Assembly: GCA_043228905.1 (NCBI GenBank)
Contig: JBHGNT010000022.1
Span: 12,276,001-12,340,000 of the forward strand
Length of the DNA stretch: 64,000 nucleotides
From: Azolla caroliniana
Lineage: Eukaryota > Plantae > Polypodiophyta
Reading direction: 5' to 3'
The notes below the pieces were generated by a model. It had not been told where the DNA came from. It saw only the letters and a program-made list of their open reading frames with translations, and ran no database searches. The position numbers and the translations under genes are program-made. Positions 12,175-24,043 of the stretch are shown piece after piece (the first letter of the stretch is position 1; the number at the start of each line of letters is the position of its first letter).

Positions 12175-14648
12175 GTTTGATTCAAATTGACATTTTCCGA
12201 GATTTTCTAGATATCTTTCTTATCATCTATTTAGATGACTATTGATTTACTCTAGAACACAAGCGGTGCATGATATACATGTTCGGAAGGTACTCCAACG
12301 CTTAAGAGAGTATGGTCTTTATGCCAAACTAGAGAAGTGCAGTTTTGATCGCAAAGAAGTTGAGTTCTTGGGTTATACCATTTCATCCAAAGGTATATTC
12401 ATGGATCCAACGAAAGTTCAAACAATATTGGAATGGCATACTCCAAGTTTCGTTCGCGATGTCCAGTGTTTCCTTGGATTTGCCAACTTCTACCGCAAAT
12501 TCATATGGAATTATTCGAAGATTGTATTGCCGCTTACTCAACTCACCAAGAAAAATCAAGCATTTGTTTGGACTCCTGAAGCAGACAAAGCCTTTACTCA
12601 GTTGAAAGAGGCATTCACATAAGCTCTTGTCTTAGCTCATGTTGATCCAGAAAAGCCATTTATCATTGAGGCAGATGCATCCGACTTTGCATTGGGGAGC
12701 ATCCTATCACAACCAGGTGAAGATGGGCACTTACATCCAGTCGTGTTTCACTCAAGAAAGTTTATTGTGGAGATCAACTACAAGGTGCATGACAAAGAGT
12801 TACTAGCTGTGGTCGACTCTTTTGCGCAATGGCGACATTTCCTGGAAGGTTTGCCTCATCAAATCATCATTTATAGTGACCACAAAAATCTTACATATTT
12901 TCAGATGGCTCGAGTGCTAAATAGGTGACAAGCTCGGTGGGCGCAATTTTTAACTCGTTTTGATTTCAAGATCATTTTCCGCCCAGGGAACCAACAAGGT
13001 CAAGTAGATGCTCTATCTTGACGCTCATATTTGGCACTTCGCCTTGGAGATCCAGCTTTCGACAATCAAAAACAAGTTCTCCTTGGTCCAACAAAGCTAC
13101 AAGCAACCACAGTTTGTGCCACGCCATTGGATTCAAGTCTTCTTGATACTATTCGACAACAACTTAACTCTGATGATTTTGCTAAGGATGTCTTCACCCA
13201 CCTTGGTCCAAATCATGCATTTTGCTCCATATTGCTAGGGACATCTCGACGCTATAAGGAGTTCAAGTGGCAAGATAACTTACTTTTCTACAAGAATCTA
13301 CTTTATGTCCCTGATGGATCACCACGCCTCAAGTGTTGGAGCATTTTCATGATGCCCGTATGGCCAGACACTTTGGTATTGCCAAGACCATGGAGCTAGT
13401 GAAGCGATCATTTTGGTGGCCTCATTTACAACAATTCGTTGAAGATTATGTTCGCACATGTGACACATGTTGTCTAACTAAAATGCCTAGGCATCATCCT
13501 TATGGATTGTTACAACCATTGTCGACTCCGAGCAAGCCATGGCAATCAATTACTATGGATTTCATTACAGATCTGCCACCATCACAAGGTTTTGATGCTA
13601 TTTTAACCATAGTGGATCGGTTTACCAAGATGACACATTTTCTACCTTGCGTAAAAAGCATCAGTAGTCAAGAAACAACAGATATCATTATGCGTGAAGT
13701 ATTTCGCCATCATGGTCTTCCAAACGACATAATTAGTGATCGTAGACCACAATTTATCTCTCACTTTTGGAAGCACCAATGTGATGGGCTCCGAATCTCT
13801 TGCAAACTCCCTTTAGCATATCATCCCGAAACTGATGGCCAAACAAAGCGCACAAATCAAACACTTGAGTAGTATCTTCGATGTTTCATCAATTATCAAC
13901 AAGATGGTTGGAGTCATATATTGCATCTTGTAGAGTTTGCATACAATAACACCATACACTCTTCTACCAAGGTCACACCTTTCTATGCCTATACTGGCAA
14001 CCATCCTCGATGGTGTCTCTTGGACATTCCAGTGATCTCACCAAACCCTAGTGCAGAGCAACACCTCCACTGACTACAACACCTTCAGTTTGAGTTGTCT
14101 TCACATCTTCAGAAAGCTCAAGCCCAACATAAGGCCCATGCAGATCGACATCGTCTTCTGCCTCCATTCAAGGTTGGTGGTCGGGTATGGTTGTTACGCC
14201 GTCACATAAAGACTACTCGACTGTGTGATAAACTAGATTATAAGCGCTTGGGTTCTTTTGTCATCATGAAGCGGATTAATGATGCAACATTCCGTCTTGA
14301 TCTTCCTACAAGTTTGCGGCCTCATCCAGTCTTTCGCAGCTCTCTTTTGGAACCTTACCACACCAACTCGATTCCCAATCGTGTTGTGTTGCCACCGCCT
14401 CCTCTCCAACTTGCTGATGACCTAGAGTATGAGGTAGCCTCCATTCTTGATTCAAAGATTGTGCGCAATAAGTTGTATTATCTAGTTGATTGGCTAGGCT
14501 ATACTTCGAGCGATCGCACATGGGAACCCGTCGATAATGTTTGTAATGCTCAAGCTCTTATTGACGACTTCCATAATCGCTATCCCAACAAACCCGGTCC
14601 TTCATTGTTAACAACTCTTTCCACTCGTTGTTTTAAGAGGAGGGATAG

Positions 14649-15096
14649 TGTCATGAATTCGTGAACATTATGTGGCTTCATTTGAGCTTGAACCCAAGAC
14701 TTTGTAATACGTAATCAAGAACCTAACCATTAATATAGCATATGATTATATGAAATAATAAAAGCTACTTCTTGTAATAGACTGATACTTTAAATGTTCC
14801 AGAACATCCTGGAACATTCTAGAACATCCTAGAACATCTTAGAATATTCTAGGTCTAGAACATTCTAGAACATTATAGAAATCACTAGGTTATTCTATAG
14901 GAACCTATAAATATGGACATACAATTCTTCTCAAAACCTATTCGAATCAACACCGGTCTAAAGCTCTCATCGCCTATCTTGTATCCATTCTTATTCTACT
15001 TTAATACATTCATTCTTCTCTTATCATTTCATTCCTCTTCTTGTGATCCCTTTATATCTTTCTTCTATCACTTTACCTTCTCTCTTGGTTTTGACA
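14649..15096 (+). repeat. 3' LTR of chromovirus
   Basis: TG...CA ends, preceded by the PPT and followed by the TSD. Confidence 0.95.
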
Positions 15097-16691
15097 GTAT
15101 CATCTGCAAACTCCACATCTAAAATCATCTTGTTAGAGATCGGTGCGACCAGCCTTTGGATCCCCGCACTTGCTGAATTTAAATATGAGGAAAATACCTC
15201 CGTAACAATAAGAAATAAGAAAGGGGCTAACGGACACCCTTGGCGAACAGATCGTGACATTTGAAATCTTCGTCCTCTACCTCTTGCTACTAAGACAAAA
15301 CTATAATCTAATCTATACAAAGCTGACACTGCAATAATCCAAGCTTCTGGAAACCCTAATCTTCTCATCACCTCTTCTAAAAAGTCCGAATTCACTCTAT
15401 CATAGGCCTTTTCAAGATCTAACAATAAAATTACTAAGTCCTCTTTCTTTTCCATAGTTGAGGTGGACAACTCCCAAAACAAAAAAATATTATCAAATAT
15501 ACTTCTATCTTGCATGAAACCTGTCTGAGAAGTATGAATAATATCAAGCAATAAAGGTGGCATACACAATGCCAGTACCTTAGCATAAATTTTGTAAACT
15601 GTATTTAGTAATGTGATTGGCCGCCATGCCCTAATGTCCTCTTAAGCTCCATCCCCTTTAGGGATAAGACAAATCAACCCTTCTTTCCATTCCTCTGGCA
15701 TAGCTCCCGAATAAAAAATTATTTGAAAAGCACTAGTTAAAACATTAGCTATAATATCCCAATACTATATGAAAACATCTCTTATTAGTCCATCCTCTCC
15801 TGGGCAAACCTCGGAACCCAAAGATTTTAGTGCTTGTAGAACCTCAAAAGGGCATAAAAGAGTTAGAACCATTCGATCTATAACACAAGGCTTTGTTGTA
15901 CCGAAAACTATACTGCTCATTGCCAATACATTTTGACTTACCTCATCAGCAGAAAACAATTGTTCATAATACCGCGATACAACTCTCACATTTCATCTAG
16001 ATCTGTTGAGAGAGTACCATCATCCCTCTTTAATGCACCCAGCTGAAACTTCCGCGGTCTTGGAGTAATTACATCAAAAAATAATTTAGACATTTTGTCC
16101 CCTTTTTGAGACCATTTTGCTGCAAATGTAGAGTATTTAAAATCAACCATTTTAGCTTGCATAAGAAAAATCTCATCTCTTAACTTCCGTAATTTGTTTT
16201 CAAGATAAATAGAGTTGATATCTCTTTCTTGCAAGCATTGAATCAAGGCCAACCCTCTTCTTGCATTTGCCAACCAAGAGATGAGAAAAAATTTCTTATC
16301 GTTAGCCTTACCTAAAAGTAGTTTCTTAAGCTGAAATAAAGCCACGAAAACCTTAGTTAACTTATCTTACTCCATTCTTTCTCCAAACTTGGGAAACTGA
16401 TGTACAAGTGAACATCACAACTGAATCCTCTTGTAATGCAATTGTATTAAATCCGTGACGCCAAGGATAAAACACCGCCAATGCACCCTTAAGATCCATT
16501 GAGCCCAATGACAAGAGACGGGAAACCGATTCGCCATTCTCAAATTCCAATCGATAATAACCACGTCCTAATGTTTGAATGTCAATAATTCTATCCAAAT
16601 CTGATTGGATTGAAGCCTATAACAAATGTCGAAGATCCCCTTTGCTAGGCCGGCTTGTTGAGAAACAAGCTCAACAAAGGTATGTGATGCA

Positions 16692-17311
16692 TATTGGTAA
16701 GTGAGATATTCTATAGTAGCCATTAGTAAATTAGCTACTAGTGGCCATAAAGGTGAAACAACTATTTAGCTATGCACAACTATTTAGCTAGTCACAACTA
16801 ATTAGCTGCATATATAAGTCACTTATAACTTAGGTAAAAAGTAAGAGTAGTAAGTTGTAAGAGAAGAAAACAGAAAACTAACGAGAGCGAGTTGAGCTCT
16901 TCATGTAATGAAATAAAAGCTTTTGGTTTTGCTACAGAGAGGTAAGTCTCCTTCCCCCTTCCTTTTCTGTCTTGAGCACACTAAACGATCCAGCAAATCA
17001 TGATCCGTTGTGCACAAAGAAGAGTCAGAGCGCGTTCGTAACACGACTTCCCAAGACATGTACTACTATTGAGACGACCTGAAGACGAACCACCTCTTGC
17101 ATAACAATCACTTCATCCTTTGGTGCAAGGCTAATGTCTAAAGTCCCTTTGACAAAGATTGGATTGAGAGCTCATGCACTGGATCGCTCTCGGGGTGTTG
17201 ATGTCGACGGTCCCTCCATGACTGAGTATGTACTTCCTTAACGTATTGTCCTTCTCTCTCCCTTTTGTATATTGTAACTTCCCTAAATTTTGGTAAATAA
17301 ATCTGCTATTA
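16692..17311 (+). mobile_element. Decayed solo-LTR-like insertion beside the LINE ORF1 remnant
   Basis: Three caacta.ttagct repeats, a TATA (tatataag) and an aataaa near the end. Termini are degenerate and no TSD is recognisable. Confidence 0.35.
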
Positions 17312-17908
17312 AGAATAAAGAAGAGAATTACCAGGATAGATCAACCCTTCTCTACTAATCCTTGCTGATTTTGGCGATCACTCGCTTCTATAGGAGAGGA
17401 AATAGGTTGTGACGGGGCAGTGATAGTGAAAGAGAAGTTCTCAGAGGCCGTTTGATGTGGAATTGAGTTGCTTATTTTCTGGGGTAGTGAGAATTTTTTC
17501 TGAGAGAGGAAGATAGGTTATACAGTGGCAGCGATGGCGACAGAGAAGCTCTGCACTCCTTATAATCAGATAATTTTGTTTCAAATTTCCAACCTATTGT
17601 TATCCCATGAAAATTGTACCCATAGTTCTCCCATAGCCCACTCTCTAAATTCTATTAGATATACTAGCTTGAATTCATAGGTGGTTTGTTTGAGGGAAGA
17701 GATATCGAGGAACCAGATTCTATTTGTGAGACCATTTATGTTAGAGATTATTTCTAATGTAAGCATGAAATAAGGAAATAAATTATAAGCAATAAAGAAA
17801 AAGAGAGAATGAAGGGTGTCGATCCACTCGACCACCCCTGAGCAAAGGGATCGAGACGGGTTTGAGCCTTGATTGGCGTCTCATACCACCATAACATCAA
17901 GTCATATA

Positions 17909-20900
17909 TGTTAGAAATATTGAGAATCGATTAGATAGGTATATAGAATTACAACTACAGAGATGGGATATGGACCAACTCACTAGAAAATTAGTGGGGA
18001 CTGATAATCAAGCCAACCACTGTGAGAAGGAAATGGATTGCTCTCTATGTTTGGTCTAAGTATAACATTAAATGTGCAAGTCAGTTGATAGCAGTGGAGA
18101 TATTCCTTTTCTGTCAACTGACTTGTCATTTAATATGACCAACTCCCTAGGTACAGGCTAGTGCTAGATAGTACTTATCTTGAAGTCAATGACGCATACT
18201 TCAAGACTAAGTACATCATAACTTGCCCACAAAATATTCTAATTGACTTGATTAGCCAATCCTATTACCTATTTCTCTCTTTCCTAAATATATTGTGTCC
18301 TACGCATCTAGGGTTTCCTAGATTAACACCTTATCGACCCATATGGTCGAGTTGCACACTAGCCGCTCCTCATTTGGGGCGCTATCACAAAATGTGCACT
18401 CTAAGAGCACATATGGGGATAGATTTACAACTTGAGGCTGATCATTGATTATATCTAACATGCCCCCTCAATGATCAACCCATTGAGTTCACTTGGAATT
18501 GGGCCAACTCCTAGTTGTCGAAGGTGTTGTTGTAACTGTTCTGCTCCAAGCGCCTTTGTGAAGATATCCGCAGCATTTTCTGAGGTCGGACAATACTCAA
18601 GCTCCACAGTCTCATCATTTATTAGCTCCCACACATAGTGATATTGAATCTCTATGTGTTTAGTACGTGCATGAAATACAGGGTTCTTGGCAATGGCCAT
18701 GCAACTCTAATTGTCACACCTCAATACCGTTGCCGTCCTTATTGGAAATGCCACATCCGTAAGGATTCTTCTTAGCCAAACTACCTCGCATGCGGCCATG
18801 CATGCTGCTTTGTATTCTGCCTCCGTTGAAGATAGTGCCACTGTTGGTTGTTTTTTACTACTCCATGAAATAGCTCCAGAACCTATTGAAAAACAATATC
18901 CAGAAACTGATTTTTTGGAATCACTATCTCCAACCTAGTCGAAGTCGCAATACCCACTAAGTTCGTCAATTGTTGGCTTGTAGAAGATTCCATAATTTAA
19001 AGTACCCACAATGTACTTTAATACACGAAGAGTAGCTTTCCAATGAGTCTCCTTTGGCTTGTTTCTGAATCGATTCACCACATTGATTGCAAAACAAATA
19101 TCTGACCTAGTGTTGCATAGGAAAATTAGACTTCCTGCTAGCTGTCTATACTTCCTTATGTCAACCATTGGTGATGGGTCGCCTTGGGATAGTTTGCAGT
19201 TTGACTCCATTGGAGTTGACTTCGACTTGCTGTCCATCATCCCAAAGGTCTTCAAGATCTCTGTTGCATACTTTCTTTGTGACATGAAGATGCCAACTGA
19301 AGTTTGCCAAACCTCAATTCCTAGGAAGTAGTGTAGAATCCCCAAGTCTATCATTTCAAACTCAATTTTCAAACACTCTTGTGTTTGGCCAATGCACTCT
19401 TCATGGTCACCAGTAAACACTAGGTCATCCACATAAATGATGATGACGACTTGTTTCCCGTCCTTCATTTTGACATACATACTTGCATCCGAAGCACATT
19501 GCTTAAAGTTGATTGATCGGAAGAAGCTGTCTATCCTCTTGTTCCAAGCTCTTGGTGCTTGCTTTAGACGAGACAACGCCTTCTTCAGTTTGCATACTTT
19601 GTTTTCTGAATTCAGCATCTCAAACCCCGGTGGTTGCATCACGTATACCTCCTCCTTGAGAAATGCCGATTTGACATCCATTTGGTAAATCAGCCATCCT
19701 CTTGAAGCAGCCAACGCTATGACCATTCGAATTGTTGTCATGCGAGCTGTCGGGGCAAATGTTTCTTGTACATCGAACCCTTCAATTTGGGAGTATCCTT
19801 GGGCTACTAGCCTGGCCTTGAATTTCTCCAAAGAACCATCAGCTTTATACTTTACTTTCTACACCCACTTCGTGCATATCACCTTCTTCTTTGTTGGCCT
19901 CTCTACCAACTCCCATGTGTCATTTTTCATGATGCTATCATATTCTGATATCGTTGCTTCTTTCCACTTCGGGTTGGCCATGGCTTCCTCCACCAAGGTC
20001 GGCTCACTCACTGAGCCGATGATGTCCACCATCAGAGCCATGTTGACAATGTGGTTAGAGGTTATCCCTTGCTCCTGTATTCTTCTTGATCTTCGTAATC
20101 CATCAGTTGAAGTTTTAGGAAACTCAACTTTAGGAGTACGGTCATTGAAGAGTTGTTGAGCTCACTTAGGTATTTTCTTTACATGTGGGATTGGCATAGG
20201 CTGAACTAGTGAGCCATTACCATAAGATGATTCAGCTTCTTTTTCTGGACAATGGGTCGGGATTGGGTAAATTACCTCTTCAGTTGATGAGATAACTTGA
20301 GAATCATTGTTCTCAGCTACCTGTGGTTGTTCTTCATCAAACACCACATCGCGGCTTGTCAATATCTTTCTTGCCTCTGGATCGTAGAGTCGATAGGCCT
20401 TTGACTCTTCACTATATCCGAGAAAGATACACTTCTTGCTTTTAGCCTCCAACTTCTTTCTGCTCACATTTGGAACATGTGCGTAGCATGTACACCCAAA
20501 GGTTCTGAAGTGCAACACTGAAGGTTTCTTGCCTAAATAAGCTTCGCGGGGTGTTTTCCCTTGAAGTGCCTTCGTGTAGCTCTGATTGAGGATGTAAACT
20601 GTTGTATTCACTGCTTCAGCCTAGAATGGGTCAGGCAACGCTTGTGCCTTCAACATACACCTAGCCATCTCGACAATTGTTCGGTTTCGACATTTGACAA
20701 CACCATTTTGTGGTGGGGTGTAGGCAGTTGTAAGTTGGCGCTTAATTCCATGCTCTTTGCAATACTCATAGAATTCTATTGATAAGAATTCTCCACCTCG
20801 ATCAGAGCATAACTCCTTCACTAGCGTTCCGGATTCTCGCTCAACAAACTTATGCCATCTTTTGAAGATTTTAAAAGCTGCAGCCTTCTCCCGAAGGAAG

Positions 20901-22536
20901 TAAACCCACATCTTTCTACTGAAGTCATCGATTAGCAGCATATAGTAGAGAGATCCACCCATTGCAGGAGTCACCATTTTTCCAGGGAGGTCGATGTGTA
21001 TTAGTTGTAGAGGAGTCTTTGTTCGATTTTGACTCTCTTTTGGAATAGTTGATCTTTAATGCTTGCCCATCATACAAGCATCACAAACATGACTTAAGTC
21101 AGATAGGATTGGCAACCCAACTACCATATTCGACTTCTTCATCTCTTTCAACACAGCAACATTGAGATGCCCAAATCTCTCATGCCATTGTTTTGTGTTA
21201 GTACTTGTGTTGTGGTCAGTAGAAATGGTAAGTGTGCTCAGCTCATAGAGATTGTTGCGCCTTACCCCTATTCCTACAACCTTGCCAACAGAATCTGTTA
21301 TTTCTGCACCCGACTTCTTGAATCGAACATCAAGACCCTTGTCGGTCAGTGTAGAAATGGACAATATATTCTTCTTGAGACTTGGCACGTACAACACTTG
21401 AGAGAGATGCTTTGTCCCTCCGGTCGTTGCTTTGAGGGAGACGGTTCCGGTTCCTTTGGTTGGACATCGAGCATTGTTCCCGACCACAACATTGATGGGC
21501 TCTTGTAGAGGTGTCCAAGAGCTATACCAGTCACAATTACTGGTCATATGTCGGGACACTCCACTATTGAGAATTCAAGAGTCGTCGACAACTTGGGTGT
21601 TAACTAAAGAACACACTTCTTCAGTTGCGACCCATAACTCAAGCTCATCTACGACGTTGTTGGCGGACTCGGGCTCTCTCCAAGAGGTCTTACTAGAACC
21701 ATTCTTCTCGTCCGACATCTTCTTCCGACAATCCTTGATTGTGTGACCCTTCTTGTCACAATAGAAACACGATCCATTGAACTTCTTCTTTGGTATCCTA
21801 TTCACATTGTTTGAATTGGATGCCCCTTTACCCTTAGTCCTAGAGACAAATGCCGAATCTTCCCTTCCTTCTCTTGTCTTCAGCCGAAGCTCCTCTTCAA
21901 GCAGCATCACACTTAGTTCATCAAATTTTAAAGGAGTGGGTCGAACTTGAGTGTTCAATGCTGTCACAATGCCATCATACTTGAAAGGAAGTACTCGAAT
22001 GCACCAACGAGCCATATCCTCTTGAGAGATGACTACTCCAACAACTGCCAGTTGATCTTGAAGATCCTTAATCCTTTTTACAAAGGATTCTACTTTCTCT
22101 CCATCGGCGAGCTTCAATGCAGCAAGCTTATTTTCAAGGTTTTGTATCCTTGTATAGTTTTTGGTCTCATACTGGCTGGCCAATATGCTCCAAGCTTCAT
22201 GTGCCTTGGTTGTATGTTGCACTAATGTTAGTACAGAGTCACATACACCAGTGACTATGGTACACAGTGCATCAACATTCCTTCTCTTCCAGGCTCGAAG
22301 TAGATCAACATTTGGTGGGATTGATGTGGTAGGGTGTGTAGGGTCAAAGGTCGTCATGGGCTCAGGGTCTCCTCCTGTGGGTCCCATGATTGTCTCCAAC
22401 AACTCGTAGGAGTCCAAAATGGCAGACATTTTGAACTTCCATAGAGTGTAGTTGGTTCCATCTAGCTTTCTATTAGACAATGGAGGTGGGCGAATGCGCA
22501 GTGGAGCAGCTGCAACATTCATGGACAAGGCCATTG

Positions 22537-22599
<63 letters not shown>

Positions 22600-23221
22600 T
22601 TCTCTGTGTTGCTAGACAACAACTGCCCGTATATACCTAATCTAGATTAACCTCTTAGCTCTAATACCATGTTAGAAATATTGAGAATTGATTAGATAGG
22701 TATATAGAATTACAACTACAGAGATGGGATATGGACCCGCTCACTAGAAAATTAGTGGGGACTGATAATCAAGCCAACCACTGTGAAAAGGAAATGGATT
22801 GCTCTCTATGTTTGGTCTAAGTATAACATTAAATGTGCAAGTTAGTTGATAGCAGTGGAGATATTCCTTTTTTGTCAACTGACTTGTAATTTAATATGAC
22901 CAACTCCCTAGGTACAGGCTAGTGCTAGATAGTACTTATCTTGAAGTCAATGACACATACTTCAAGACTAAGCACATCGTAACTTGCCCACAAAATATTC
23001 TAGTTGACTTGATTAGCCAATCCTATTACCTATTTCTCTCTTTCCTAAATACATTGTGTCCTACGCATCTAGGGTTTCCTAGATTAACACCTTATCGACC
23101 CATATGGTCGAGTTGCACACTAGCCGCTCCTCATTTGGGGCGCTATCACAAAATGTGCACTCTAAGAGCACATATGGGGATAGATTTACAACTTGGGGCT
23201 GATCATTGATTATATCTAGCA
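17909..23221 (-). mobile_element. Full-length but mutated Ty1/Copia element A
   Basis: 552-bp LTRs at 17909-18460 and 22670-23221, Met-type PBS tggtattagagc (22658-22669) and PPT attgagggggca. Motifs: gag KLDGTNYTLW, CFYCDKKGHTIKDC, GAG-pre-INT WHERFGH, INT DDFSRK/SDRGGEF, RT KARLVAQG/YVDD, RH NPVFHARTKHIEI. Many stops; (TC)n in the leader. No TSD. Confidence 0.95.
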
Positions 23222-24043
23222 GTACCTTGTGCTCTCATCCTCTCTACAAGAGTTTGTTCACAACAAGATCACAGTCTCGACGTAGTAAAATGATTTATCT
23301 GATGAGGGTAGCTATGCCTCATATTTATAGCCAGACTTAAGGACCCTACGCAAGTTACACTTGACCCTTATGGGTTGTCTCAATTCCTTGGATGGAAAGT
23401 AATCCTCCCTTCTTTACACTCTTAGTTAACACTCACACTTTTATCCTCTTGTTTAGAATACTACGGTACAAACTGCCATGCCCGTAATAATTTATCCCCA
23501 ACCCTCTATTGGATGAGCTTCAATGAAACAACGATTTGGATTGCACATTAAAACTTCACAAGCGGCAATCAACTCACATCTTTAAATTACTTAAGGTCTA
23601 GCACACTTCCATTGTATAATGTTTGTATTTGAGAAGGGCACATCCATTGTGGGTATGCCATTGAACCATCATGTCGACATATCCACACGATAAGACAAGA
23701 ATTATTAGGTGGACTTGACCATCAAAGGGATGCCTTCATGGTAATTCCCCTTATGGTTTGCTTTGTGGAAATTTCCATAAACAATATAAAAACCATGGTA
23801 GACAACGACATTGACCCGATTGCTTGTCATCGAGTGATGAAGACAAAGCAACGTAGTAATTCCCCATGGATGAAATTGCTACTACGTGATGGCAACTAAT
23901 GCATAATGTAGAGCCGCGCGCGCACCCACACACACACATTTGTACACATAACAGTAAATATATTATCAAATTAATACAAACAATGTGTACAAACAATCCT
24001 TGCATTTTCACTCTTAACGTTGTGGAGACAATAACCAACGAGT

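Larger units (their letters stand above)
11727..15096 (+). mobile_element. Internally deleted Ty3/Gypsy chromovirus (Tcn1-like): partial RT, RH, INT, chromodomain
   Basis: 448-bp LTRs at 11727-12174 and 14649-15096, TSD GTATC (11722-11726 / 15097-15101), PPT aagaggagggatag. Protein motifs are YLDD, EADASD, NYKVHDKELLAVV, HFGIAKT..CDTC, ITMDFITDLP and KLDYKRLG, plus chromodomain YEVASILDSK...YLVDWLGY..TWEP. Gag, protease and the RT N-terminus are missing. Confidence 0.95.
9514..16680 (-). mobile_element. Degenerate L1-type LINE (ORF1 DUF4283-like remnant, RT, zf-RVT), split by the chromovirus at 11727-15096
   Basis: ORF1-like LGRGYYRLEF...FYPWRHGF at 16362-16598. Linker KWSQKGDKMSKLFF. RT motifs WRPITLLNTVYKI, LDLEKAYDRV, RQGCPLAP, FADDT/TLY, YLGC and GGLGLVD. 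zf-RVT PKKIVLFCWLL...CGFGCGCMIESIKHVLCSC. Many stops. Confidence 0.9.

Noticed and set aside
18161-18448. Duplicated small ORFs (18161/22922, 11991/14913, 40665/51742, 32939/38133)
   Set aside because: They recur only because they lie within paired LTRs. No protein motifs.
23222-23227. GTACC flank of Copia A resembling GTACCG flank of the Athila LTR (40471-40476) as swapped TSDs
   Set aside because: Different superfamilies with non-homologous LTRs, and the match is offset by one base. Likely chance.
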